This document shows positions 25,552-37,728 of a stretch of 64,000 bases of DNA, piece by piece. Both the position numbers and the translations under genes were made by a program. The notes under the pieces are model-generated. The model had not been told where the DNA came from, ran no database searches, and saw only the letters and a program-made list of their open reading frames with translations. This DNA is from Octopus sinensis (lineage: Eukaryota), in contig NC_043014.1 of NCBI RefSeq assembly GCF_006345805.1, positions 3,348,001-3,412,000 of the forward strand, written 5' to 3'. Every line of letters begins with the position of its first letter. Within the stretch, counting starts at the first letter, position 1.

Positions 25552-26101
25552 ATTATGTCTGCCGCTACGTTGTGAGTTCAAATTCTGCCGAGGTCCACTT
25601 TGCCTTTCATCCTTTCGGGGTCGATAAATTAAGTACCAGTTACGCACTGGGGTTGATGTAATCGACTTAATCCCTTTGTCTGTCCTTGTTTGTCCCCTCT
25701 ATGTTTAGCCCCTTGTAGGTAGTAAAGAAATAGGTATTTTGTCTGCCGCTACGTTCTAAGTTCAAATTCTGCCGAGGTCAACTTTACCTTTCATCCTTTC
25801 AGGGGTCGATAAATTAAGTACCAGTTACGCACTGGGGTCGATGTAATCGACTTAATCCTTTTGTCTGTCCTTGTTTGTCCCTTCTATGTTTAGCCCCTTG
25901 TGGGCAATAAAGAAACAGGTATTTTGTCTGCTGTTACGTTCTGAGTTCAAATTCCGCTGAGGTCGACTTTGCCTTTCATCCTTTCGGGGGTCGATAAATT
26001 AAGTACCAGTTACGCACTGGGGTCGATGTAATCGACTTAATCCCTTTGTCTGTCCTTGTTTGTCCCCTCTACGTTTAGCCCCTTGTGGGCAATAAAGAAA
26101 T
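25552..26101 (+). mobile_element. SINE family B trimer of head-less units (about 183 bp each)
   Basis: Units at about 25552, 25733 and 25918, joined at aaagaaaY|aggtattttgtctg. Confidence 0.88.
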
Positions 26102-26330
26102 AAGGGATATAATAGGAACCAGCCCTACTAAATTCTATTTTCCTTTTTCAACTTTACCTGTCATCCTTTCGGGGTCACTAAAATAAGTACCAGTTGGGTA
26201 CTGGGGTCGATGTAATCAACTACACCCCTCCCTTAAATTTCAGCCCTTGTGCCTATAATAGAAAGGATCTTATCTTCCTTTTTGTGTAAGTATACTCAAT
26301 AATTCTTCGTATATGTCTGTGTGTTTTTAG

Positions 26331-26459
26331 GATGGTAAAGTTACGAAGACCAAGACGTTTCCTTTAGAGATCGTCGTTGGAGTGTCAGTGGCCGTCACCC
26401 TCCTGCTTGCTGGCGCCATCTTCTTTCTTTTGCTGAAATTCCAAGTGATTCCCAAATAA
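26331..26459 (+). CDS. PKHD1L1: Fibrocystin-L-like TM exon (DGKVTKTKTFPLEIVVGVSVAVTLLLAGAIFFLLLKFQVIPK*)
   Basis: gtttttag| acceptor, phase 0; about 23 hydrophobic residues followed by K (type I TM helix); TAA at 26457-26459, then donor ag|gtatgt at 26462. Confidence 0.75.
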   Translation, partial: DGKVTKTKTFPLEIVVGVSVAVTLLLAGAIFFLLLKFQVIPK

Positions 26460-26600
26460 AGGTATGTTTTTAATCTTACTTTTGAACTCAAACAACAGAA
26501 ATAGTATCTATAGAGGAATGGTCATAGCCTTCTGAATGAACTTGGTGGATGGACAATCAAAGACACTTCTTGTACATGCATCTATATTCTTTTCTTTTGT

Positions 26601-26983
26601 GGAGGCGCAATGGCCCAGTGGTTAGGGCAGCGGACTCGCGGTCATAGGATCGCGGTTTCGATTCCCAGACTGGGCATTGTGAGTGTTTATTGAGCGAAAA
26701 CACCTAAAAGCTCCACGAGGCTCCGGCATGGAGTGGTGGTGATCCCTGCTGTACTCTTTCACCACAACTTTCTCTCACTCTTACTTCCTGTTTCTGTTGT
26801 ACCTGTATTTCAAGGGGCCAGCCTTGTCACTCTCTGTGTCACGCTGAATATCCCCAAGAACTATGTTAAGGATACACGTGTTTGTGGAGTGCTCAGCCAT
26901 TTACACGTTAATTTCACGAGCAGGCTGTTCCGTTGGTCGGATCAACCGGAACCCTCGTCGTCGTAACCGACGGAGTGCTTCCA
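26601..26983 (+). mobile_element. tRNA-derived SINE family C
   Basis: Head ggaggcgcaatggcccagtggttagggc...ggtttcgattccc (A/B boxes); the head and mid-body are shared with 62463-62755. Confidence 0.85.
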
Positions 26984-26994
26984 TTCCACATATT

Positions 26995-27466
26995 CTTTTC
27001 TTTTATTCTTTTACTTGTTTCAGTCATTTGACTGTGGCCATGCTGGAGCACTGCCTTCAGTCGAGTAAATCGACCCCAGGACTTATTCTTTGTAAGCCTA
27101 GTACTTATTCTATCAGTCTCTCTTGCCAAACCGCTGAATGACAGGGACATAAACACACCAGCATCGGTTGTCAAGCGATGTTGGGGGGACAAACACAGAC
27201 ACACAGACATATACATATCATCATCATCATCGTTTAGCGTCCGCTTTCCATGCTAGCATGGGTTGGACGGTTCAACAGGGGTCTGGGAAGCCAGAAGGCT
27301 GCACAACGGGCTTCTTTCAGTTTCCGTCTACCAAATCCACTCACAAGGCTTTGGTCAGCCCGAGGCTGTAGTAGAAGACACTTGCCCAAGGTGCCATGCA
27401 GTGGGACTGAAACCGGAACCATGTGGCTGGTAAGCAAGCTACTTACCACACAGCCACTCCTGCGCC
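26995..27466 (-). mobile_element. SINE family A interrupted by an RTE 3'-tail fragment (27218-27303)
   Basis: Family A halves flank catcatcatcgtttagcgtccgctttccatgctagcatggg. Confidence 0.85.
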
Positions 27467-27854
27467 TATATATATATATATATGTATGTATGTATGTTTG
27501 CATGTGTGCGTGAGAATGCGTGTGTGTGTGTGTGTTTTGTGTGTACACATGTCTTGACACCATGTAATGATTATAAATGAATATTACTGTCATACCATGT
27601 GGCCATGGCAAAATATTACTTTGCTTGGAAACAGGTGATGGTTGGCAATAGGGAGTGCATCCTGCTGTAGAATACCTGCCTCAGCAGAATTCCATCTATC
27701 TCATGCAAGTATGCCACTCTACAAGACACCATCAGATTATAAAAGACATCTTTCCCCCAATACCCCCACAGCATCATAACAAAAGTGAAAACAGAATTAA
27801 ATTAAACATTTCTAAATGACCAAAATAACTACTTTTTTTCTTATTTATTTTCAG

Positions 27855-28200
27855 ATTTGGAAAGTAAATAATGACCTGTCAGTGCCCAATGGTCAATGTC
27901 TGATGTTTGATGTCTTGTATTTTTACGTCTAATGTTTTTTGCCTGAAGATTGTTTCATGTTTTGGTAGTCTCATCTATGATGGCTTACTCAATACCTGAT
28001 GTCTGATGTATTGTTACATTAAATAATCTCCTTAATGTTTTTTATGCCTGATGGTTAATGTTGATGTTTAATGGTTAATCATTTATGTCTGATGGTTGAT
28101 GTTAACACCTGATGTCTCTGAATGCTTGAAATGTAATATTCAATACATGTCCTTTCTCTGATAAATACCTGATGACAAGTAAATGTTTCCTGTTTGATCA
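27855..28200 (+). other. Probable terminal exon of the fibrocystin-L-like gene (3' UTR, or a short cytoplasmic tail if the upstream stop is an indel)
   Basis: Strong acceptor ctttttttcttatttattttcag| at 27854; pairs with the unused donor at 26462; ATTAAA near 28018; phase-0 frame open for 25 codons. The 3' end is uncertain. Confidence 0.5.
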
Positions 28201-28848
28201 ACACAGAGAGAACATCTCTTTTCCATATCTTCTTTAATTATTTCAAATATCTCATATATCTCCCAAACCACTTATGAATTGCTACAAATTTCTCACCTCC
28301 CTTACGCCCTCCTCCCATTTCATACGTCCTTCCACGTCTATAAATTGCTACAAAATTACCATGACCATCCACCCCCCATAAACTGCTATGAATGAATAGT
28401 GTTCTTTTCATAAACTGCTGCACATGTCTCCTGAAGATCTGCAATAGGAAATTCCACATACATATATATATATTATGTATGTGTGTATGTTAATACATGT
28501 GTGAATGTATGTAAGTGTTTATATATATATATATACCTGAATCACAACTATGTATGCAATCGATTGGACCACATGGGTACTTGACGCTCGTGAGGGTCCA
28601 ATAAATTGTATCGAAGACAAATGCTGCTGATGACTTATAGATAAATATGTGAGTATAATTGCATATTATATTGATTATATTGATAAAGAAACAATTGTTC
28701 AGCATTAATCTATCTTTTCGTTGTGTTTCACTTTCCTTACATTGAGGGTAATGTTATTTCTTTGTGGAAACAACTTCGGTGGCTATACCAGAATAAGGAG
28801 CTATTTTTAGCACTAGAGTTAACCACTTAACAGTAACTCTCTTATATT

Positions 28849-28918
<70 letters not shown>

Positions 28919-29111
28919 ATATATGTGACCATGTGTGTATCGTTGGTGATTTTTTTCCTCCGTCTTCCCTTTCTTGGATCTTTCCTTTTCCTATGTTTCT
29001 GATGAAGAGCTCCGCTCGAAACATTAAACCTCCTTCTTTCTTCCTTTCCTGAGTGTCCAATAACACTATACTTGTTCCACGTCCTCATGTTGTGTTTTCA
29101 TGTTTGGGTTA

Positions 29112-29183
<72 letters not shown>

Positions 29184-29190
29184 CTATATA

Positions 29191-29228
<38 letters not shown>

Positions 29229-30008
29229 TATATATATTATATATATATATATACACACACATTCATATAAATAAATATCCATATTGTCACATACATATAC
29301 AATATATACATATACACATATATACTATACATACATATAATACATATATATATAAATGTATATATATATATGTATATATAACTACATATATATATAAACA
29401 TATAGATGTGTGCCCGTGCACACACACACACACACATATATTATACATATTACACACACACATTCTTGCATGCATATACCTCTATACATACATACACATG
29501 CACCAATACACACATAGAAAACATACCATCCAGTCATGACCCTCCAAACTGATCAACCACCCTCCCTATGCCAGCATCTTCAGGGGCCCTTCCCCGAGAA
29601 CACAGTTCCTCAATACCATCATCACCCTTACAAACTGCTGACCTTTGGCCAATGTACCAATCACTTCACCTCTCTGTGGATATGGTCATCATTATTATTA
29701 CTATTATTATTATTATTATTGTTATTATTATTATTATTTGTTGTTGTTATTGTTATTGTTGTTATTATTATTATTATTATTATTGTTATTATTATTATTA
29801 TCCCCTAAAGTTTGTCTATATCAACTAACAAACATATTTTCTTTGATATACATTTTCTATTTTATTTGAAAATATTTTTTGGTTTGCTTTCCACAATATA
29901 TTCTTGGTGTTTATCTCACATATAGACAATGTAACCTGCGTGTTATTCACACACACACACACACAATATATATATATATATCATACATACATACATACAT
30001 ATTATACA

Positions 30009-30111
<103 letters not shown>

Positions 30112-30756
30112 ATATATATATACATAATATACATATATATTGGAAGGTTTGGAGATGATGTACAGGTATTATATATTAGAAGAAATGAGGTACTCAGAAA
30201 TTCGGATGGTTTTATATTTACAGATATTTATTAAATATCTGTAAACATAAAAACCATCCGAATTTCTGAGTACCTCATTTCTTCTAATATGTATATATAC
30301 GTGTGTGTGTGTGTGTGTGTGTATGTATATGCATATATATATATATATATATACGTTTATATATTTGTTGTGCAAGACCTTTTATGTGAAGTCATGTGTT
30401 GAAACAGATATTGTTGTATTTCGGAATGGTCATTTTGCCAGTTTAGTCAATAAAAACACACGCACTATATATTTGGTGTTACTTTGCTTCAGTGTTATTT
30501 ATTTTTTACATTAATCTTAATCTTATTTTGTATTTTGTATTTCTATGGCTGACATTTAGTAAGGAGAGACACAAATAAGAAAGAAGAAAACAAAGGACCA
30601 CTGATGCGGTCACAGGAGTGCGACAAAAGAACTCTGGCCGAAATAAGATTAAGATTAATGTAAAAAATAAATAATGCTGAAGCAAAGTAACACCAAATAT
30701 ATAGTGCGTGTGTTTTTATTGGCTAAACTGGCAAAATGACCATTCCGAAATATAAC

Positions 30757-30824
<68 letters not shown>

Positions 30825-31256
30825 CATATATAGATATGCATGTGTTTGAAAGTAGGTGAAAGCAATTTCCCTCAAACCACACCAACCAACCAACCAACCA
30901 ACCAATACTTGTCAGTATTCTGTATGTGAAGCATTTTTGTCAAGAGAATGGGAGGGTGGGGTGGAGGGGAGATACACACCATATCAAATTGTTTGAATTT
31001 CATATTTTTTGTACTCTATAACCTGGAACACTTGTTTTTATTATCCGATTGATCTATTTTAAAATTAGTATTTTTATTGTTATTGTTGTTATGGTTAAAG
31101 AAGTGGACACTATACCTGTTATCACTTATATATCTTCTGTGAATATTTTACATATCAGTATACTATACTATACATACATACATTTATATACATAGCACAA
31201 GTATATATATATATATATATATATACATATGTGTGTGCATGTGTGCGTATCGTATA

Positions 31257-31452
31257 AGGACAATTACCCCCCATAGGACAAATCCCTCCGATGACAACTA
31301 CCCCCAGGACAATTACACCTCCCCCCCACCCTTGGTTAATTACCTCCTCTCCAATATATTAAGAAGTTTTAAATCATAATTTGTTGTCCTCAAGGGTAAA
31401 TTGTCCTGGGGAGGTGGGGGGTAAATGTCCATGGAGGCAGTAAATGTCCTAG
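31257..31452. mobile_element. Small foldback-like element with modular inverted repeats
   Basis: Four ggacaattacccc-like modules on the left and three gggggtaaatgtcc-like modules in inverted orientation on the right; superfamily not assignable. Confidence 0.6.
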
Positions 31453-31499
<47 letters not shown>

Positions 31500-31574
31500 T
31501 ATGTATATATTTATGTATATATATATATATATATATTATGTGTATTATATATATATATATATGTATATATATAC

Positions 31575-31615
<41 letters not shown>

Positions 31616-32934
31616 CATACATACATACATACATACGTATATGTTCACACACATACACATATATATATATGTATATAGACATATACATGTTTTATATATA
31701 GATATGTACACACACACACACACACACACACATGCATACATCAATTACTAATCAATTACAGATCATTTCATCAGATGGAAGATATCAAAATATAACCTGA
31801 TTGAAATGTTACCCTTTCATAAAAAAGACAAAAACAATATATCTAAAAGATAAAAAATAGCATAATTGATAAATAACAAAAGGCAAAAGTGTTATAACTT
31901 TAATTTTTTTATTTTTCATTATTTCACATTTTTATTTTTATTCTTTTCTTCTCACTATTTTATGATATCCCCCAGACCTCCTTGTTATACTCAACGCTGA
32001 TTATCTTTTATCAATTATTGATCACTTAAGTTGTTTATTTTCTTCTTTGTCTAAGTGTGATTCTTTTTTTATATAAATGCAGTTTCTTAGTTGGTCTTTA
32101 TATTTCGATATATTCCATCTGATGAAATGACATATAATTTGATGGTTGTTGAAACGTATGTAATAACGCGTATGTAATATCAATAACATGCTTTCCATTC
32201 ATTCCAACTATATATATATATATATAGATATATAATATATATATATATAATATATATATATATAATATATATATATATATACATATATACATACACACAC
32301 ATAAAAATACACACATACACAAACATATATATATAGTAAATGTATGTATAAAGAAATTTGAATAAAGTTTTTTCTACAACATTTTTGAACAAGTCTTTTT
32401 TCATTTGATTTCCTAAAAAAAATACATTGAAACAAAAGTTTGGATGACATATATCACTGCTATATTTTTTATTGATCCTACCATGACCACCACTACAGCA
32501 AGTAGAAGGAACAGATTTGGAAATACAACCAACCGTGTGTGAATGGCCGGAATGCCTGGTTAATAGCTGCAACTTGTAAACCCTACAGACCCAGGAGCCA
32601 ATATTAAAATCCTTTCATCAGATGGAAGATATTGAAATATTGTCTTAAATAAGTATCAAGCCTAATCGTGTTTTATCTGCATAATTATCTCCATATCATC
32701 TCACCTGGATTTCTCTTAGAGCCACTCTTTACCCTGTGGACTTAGCACTCAATAAATATTTCTGAAAGCAGACATTGGAGCCTAATGCAGTCTTTGCACT
32801 CATTGGCTATTGTCTGAGCATGTGACCAATGCCAGCATGGAAGACAAGCATCAAAAGATGATGATATAATATTCCCCATTGGACGTGACATTTAACCCTT
32901 TCATTACTGTATTTATTTTGAGATGCTCTGTGTT

Positions 32935-33343
32935 TGCTCTTTACTCTTTTACTTGTTTCAGTCAATTGACTGCGGCCATGCTGGAGCACCGCCTTTAGTC
33001 GAGCAAATTGACCCAGGGACTTATTCTTTGTAAGCCCAGTACTTATTCTATCGGTCTCTTTTGCTGAACCGCTAAGTGACGGGGACGTAAACACACCATA
33101 ATCGGTTGTCAAGCAATGCTAGGGGGACAAACACAAACACAGACACACAAACATATACACACACACTTATATATACATACACATATACGACAGGCTTCTT
33201 TCAGTTTCCGTCTACCAAATCCACTCACAAGGCATTGGTCGGCCCGGGGCTACAGCAGAAGACACTTGCCCAAGATGCCACGCAGTGGGACTGAACCCGG
33301 AACCATGTGGTTGGTAAGCAATCTACTTACCACACAGCCACTT
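32935..33343 (-). mobile_element. SINE family A
   Basis: Reverse-complement match to family A. Confidence 0.88.
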
Positions 33344-33449
33344 CTTTCAGCTATTTTAAATATAACAAATGCTTTCCTTCTGGATTTTCAAGACCACCCC
33401 CCCGAAAGTGAGACTGTGGACATAATCCAACCATCTTGCTCTTGGTTTG

Positions 33450-33700
33450 CTACTCAGTCCCCTGATGTTTGGCTCAACTTGAAATTCTTTCCTGTGACAT
33501 TCTAATCATATAATAACTAGAGTAGCAAAGCTGTGATCTTTCAATGCAGAGAAGTCGCAACTCAACCTGGAGAGACTTCCTAATCTCCAAGACATGCACC
33601 CTTTTGCTTCTATTCCCGACCGTATTCTTCTGGCCATGATCCAACATTCTTGACCATAAATGAGGATTGGTATGCAAACTGAAGGTAGTGAGTTTGTGCG
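33450..33700 (-). pseudogene. Highly degenerate RTE-like ORF fragment
   Basis: SVCIPILIYGQECWIM...RIRSGIEA resembles the RTE C-terminal PILTYGxExW motif. Confidence 0.45.
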
Positions 33701-33752
33701 TGTGAATGAGCCAGTATTCTCTATTCTCTCATCTATGCGTGTGAGTGTGTGT

Positions 33753-34091
33753 GTGAAGGCACATGGCCCAGTGGTTAGAGCATTTGACTCACAATCTTGA
33801 GGTAGTGAGTTCAATTCCTGGACCGGGCTACATGTTGTGTTCTTTAGCAAGACACTTTATTTCACGTTGCTCCAGTTCACTCAGCTGTAGAAATGAGTTG
33901 TGACGTCACAGGTGCCAGGCTGTATCAGCCCCTTTGCCTTTCCCTTGGATAACATTGGTGGCATATAGAGGGGAGGCTGGTATGCATGGGTGACTGCAGG
34001 GCTTCCGTAAATCACCTTGCCCTGACTTGTGCCTCAGAGGGTAACTTTCTAGGTGCAATCCCATGGTCATTCATGACCAAAGGGGGTCTTT
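33753..34091 (+). mobile_element. tRNA-derived SINE family D
   Basis: gtgaaggcacatggcccagtggttag...gagttcaattcctggacc head; second copy at 37393-37728 with the same end gtgcaatcccatggtca...gggggtct. Confidence 0.85.
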
Positions 34092-34769
34092 AACCTTTTA
34101 TATGTGCATATGCTGATTATAAACAATAGCATTTTATTAATGATGTCATTTGCTTGAAGTCCATTTTAAAAGCATATCCAGGTTTTTTCTTTTGCGTAGT
34201 AGTGTTTGTAAACAAAAGGCTCATTCATAGAGTCATTTGTTTTCTGTTCTAACATGTCCAAACTTTTTGTTGTTTAATAGACTGGAAGATTATTGCCCCA
34301 CATGAAAACATGTAGGGGCCGGCAATAGGAAGGGCACCTGGGAGTAGAAAACTCTGGCTAAACATACTCTTGGCAGAATTGTTACTGCACCGAACAAAAC
34401 GGTTAATGGCATTCTTTCCAACTTTATGTTTTGAGTTCAAATCCAGCCAAGGTCAACTTTGCAGACATAAAAAAGTAGTCATTAAAATAATGATGGAAAT
34501 ATCATCATCATTATCTTCACTGGTTTAACATCTACTTTTTCCATGCTTGCATGGGTCAGATGAAATTTGGTGCTACAGAATTTCTATGACCAGATGCCCA
34601 TCCTGTCGCCAATGGCTCAACAGTTTGAAAGCAACATAATGTTATCCCAGGGCCAGAATGCTTTTCATAGAGAACAGGCAAATAAACAACACCACTTGTA
34701 TGATGGTGATTCTCATTTACAACTTGTGATATCATGGTAAAGGTACACACAAACAAGTGTATACACACA

Positions 34770-34815
<46 letters not shown>

Positions 34816-34844
34816 TAGGTAGATAGATAGCTTTAAAGGAAGAA

Positions 34845-35604
34845 GAGAATCAAGCGACGAAGAAGGAGATGAGCAGAAAGAAGAGAAAGAAAAGCAAAAG
34901 GTGGAAAGAGAGGATCAAGAAGAAGAAGAAGGAGGAGGAGGAGAAGAAAGAAGGAGGGGAGGAGAAGAGGAAGAAGAAGGGAGGAGGAGAGGAAGAAGAA
35001 GAAATGGGAGGAGGCATGTAGGAGGAAGAGGAGAGGAAGAAGAAGAAAGGAGGAGGAGGAGAAGAAGAATGAGGAGAAGTAGAAGAGAGAGGAGGAGGAG
35101 GAGAAGTAGAAGAAAGAGGAGGAGGAGGAGGAGAAGTAGAAGAAGAAAGAGGAGGAGGAGAAGAGGAAGAAAGGGGAGGAGAAGAAGAAGAAAGAGGAGG
35201 AGGAGGAGAAGAAGTAGAAGAAAGAGGAGGAGGAGGAGAAGTAGAAGAAGAGAGAGGAGGAGGAGGAGAAGTAGAAGAAGAAAGAGGAGGAGGAGGAGGA
35301 GAAGTAGAAGAAGAAAGAGGAGGAGGAGAAGAGGAAGAAAGGGGAGGAGAAGAAGAAGAAAGAGGAGAGGAGGAGGAGGAGAAGAAGAAGAGAAGAAGAA
35401 GAAAGAGGAGGAGGAGGAGAAGAAGAAGGAGAAGAAGAAGAGAAAGAAGAAGGAGAAGAAGAAAGAAAAGAAGAAGAAAGGAGGAGGAGGAGAAGAAGAA
35501 GAGAAAGAAGAATAAGGAGAAGAAGAAGAAGACGAAGAAGGAAAAGAAGAAAGGAGGAGGAGGAGAAGAAGAATGAGGAGAAGAAGAAGAAGAAGGAGAA
35601 GAAG
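34845..35604 (+). repeat. Polypurine (GAA/GGA)n compound microsatellite
   Basis: About 760 bp of nearly pure A/G with internal longer-period duplications. Confidence 0.95.
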
Positions 35605-36582
35605 TCCATTTGAGATGTTGGATCTATTTTATTCAACAATACTTGGAAGTTTGTCTTAGAGCCAAGTCAGCTGAGTGTATGATGCATTTGTCTTGTCAAT
35701 GGACTGGCACTGGGGGGGGGGGAGCAGCTGAAGGTAATACAGTGACAGTAGTAGTAGTAGTAGTAGTAAGAGTAGTAGTATTCGTAATGGTGGTGGTGGT
35801 GGTGGTGGTGGTGGTGGAAATGAAGCTAGTTTCAACACACAAAACAGACAGTACGGGAGATAGCTTTGAAAATGGAGGGAACAGCTAGACACTAGATACA
35901 GTAAGAGTAGTAGTGGTGGTTGATGGTGGTGGTGGTTGTGGTGGTGGTGGTGGTGGCTGTGATGGTGGTTGGTGGTTGGCGAGTGTCGGACTCAATATGT
36001 TATTTAACCTTGACTCGCTCGACTCTGATCAAGTGAACCAACCACCCCACCGGTCAACAATGATTCAGCAACAACCATCCTGTTGTTCTGAAAATGCAGA
36101 GAGCAACTATAGATTAGATGCAGCAGCCGTCCAAGAATTTGGACCTGGAGATCTCCATTTCCAGCGACTTCGAGGGCCACCTCCCAGTGGTGTCGGGCGT
36201 CAACAAAGAGCCCTCAACTACAAGACGACCAGTTTTTTTTTCCTCCAAGGACTGGGGTCTCCTGCCCCTAAGCCCTAGACCTTCACCTAATCACCCTTAC
36301 CGGTCTTGTTGCTTAACAACAACAGCAGCAGCAGCAGTAGTGGTGGTGGTGGTGAGTGGTGGTTGTGCTATTCAGCCCTGGGCCAACCGATCAAGCAGCC
36401 CACTGCAGTGATCAATGAGGTCCCAGCTCTGTAATCGTCCCCTTATTTTGCATATCAAGGATAACATCATTCAACACATTCCATATTTTTTCAAGAAGGT
36501 TTGGCAGTAATTTAAAGGATTAGGGACTTCTGCTGCTGCTGAAGGTGGCCATGGTTGGTGTCAGGCATGATGACAGATCCAA

Positions 36583-36884
36583 AGAATTATCACTTCTTTC
36601 TTTATTGCCCACAAGGGGCTAAACATAGAGGGGACAAACAAGAAGATTAAGTCGATTACATTGACCCCAGTGTGTAACTGGAACTTAATTTATTGACCCC
36701 GAAAGGATGAAAGGCAAAGTCGACCTCAGAATTATCACTTCTTTCTTTATTGCCTACAAGTGGCTAAACACAGAGGGGGACAAACAAGGAGATTAAGTCG
36801 ATTACATTGACCCCAGTGCGTAACTGGTACTTAATTTATCGACCCCGAAAGGATCAAAGGCAAAGTCAACCTCAGAATTATCAC
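36583..36884 (-). mobile_element. Two tandem truncated SINE-B copies separated by a triplicated flanking motif
   Basis: agaattatcac occurs at 36583, 36728 and 36874, bracketing two 145-146-bp units. Confidence 0.85.
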
Positions 36885-37392
36885 CTCTGGCACCAAAATC
36901 ACAAAAATATATATATATGGCTGTTTGATAGTCAGAGAATGATTTCAATGTGAATCCAGTGACATTGTGGGAACTAGATTATATCCAAAGAGTCGGAGGA
37001 ATAAGGGAGCATCCATTATTCATTGTTCCCTTACAAGAAGAAGCCTCACAATTCATTTGTAACAAGGCTTGCGCTTGCTTGGCTACTACAAGGTCTCAAA
37101 TATATTAAAATCTTATGAGTGATTGTATCGGTTATTTGGTAGGGTCAAACGAGACACCACACTGTAAACTAATCGTTATTATAGACTATGGGTCTGGGAC
37201 AGGTAAGGTAGATATTGTAATTGTCAGGGGACGGGGGGGGGGTAACAGTGATATCCCTGGACTAGCGAACATCTATCAGGTACCTTACTGTAGTATGTAC
37301 CTTTGATATACAGACAGGTTATATATACCTTCATCAAAATGAGGTAGCCCTACTTAGTACATACATACATATAGATATATGTATATACGTAT

Positions 37393-37728
37393 GTGAAGGT
37401 GCATGGCTCAGTGGTTAGAGTATCGAGCTTACGATCGTGAGGTTGTGAGTTCGATTCCCGGACCGGGCTGCATGTTGTGCTCTTGAGCAAGACACTTTAT
37501 TTCACGTTGCTCCAGTTCACTCAGCTGTAGAAATGAATTGCGAAATCACAGGTGCCAAGCTGTATCGGCCTTTGTCTTTCCCTTGGATAACATCAGTGGC
37601 ATGGTGAGGAGAGGCCATTATGTATGGGCGACTGCTGGCCTTCCACAAACAACCTTACCCGGACTTGTGCCTGGGAGGGTAACTCTCCAGGTGCAATCCC
37701 ATGGTCAGTCATAACCGAAGGGGGTCTC
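37393..37728 (+). mobile_element. SINE family D
   Basis: Collinear with 33753-34091. Confidence 0.85.

Noticed and set aside
26601-26680. tRNA-like sequences (also at 1529, 33753, 37393, 42167)
   Set aside because: A/B boxes are present but there is no complete cloverleaf or acceptor stem; they continue into repeated SINE bodies.
34833-35639. R/E/K-rich and F/S/L-rich ORFs
   Set aside because: Translations of the polypurine microsatellite.
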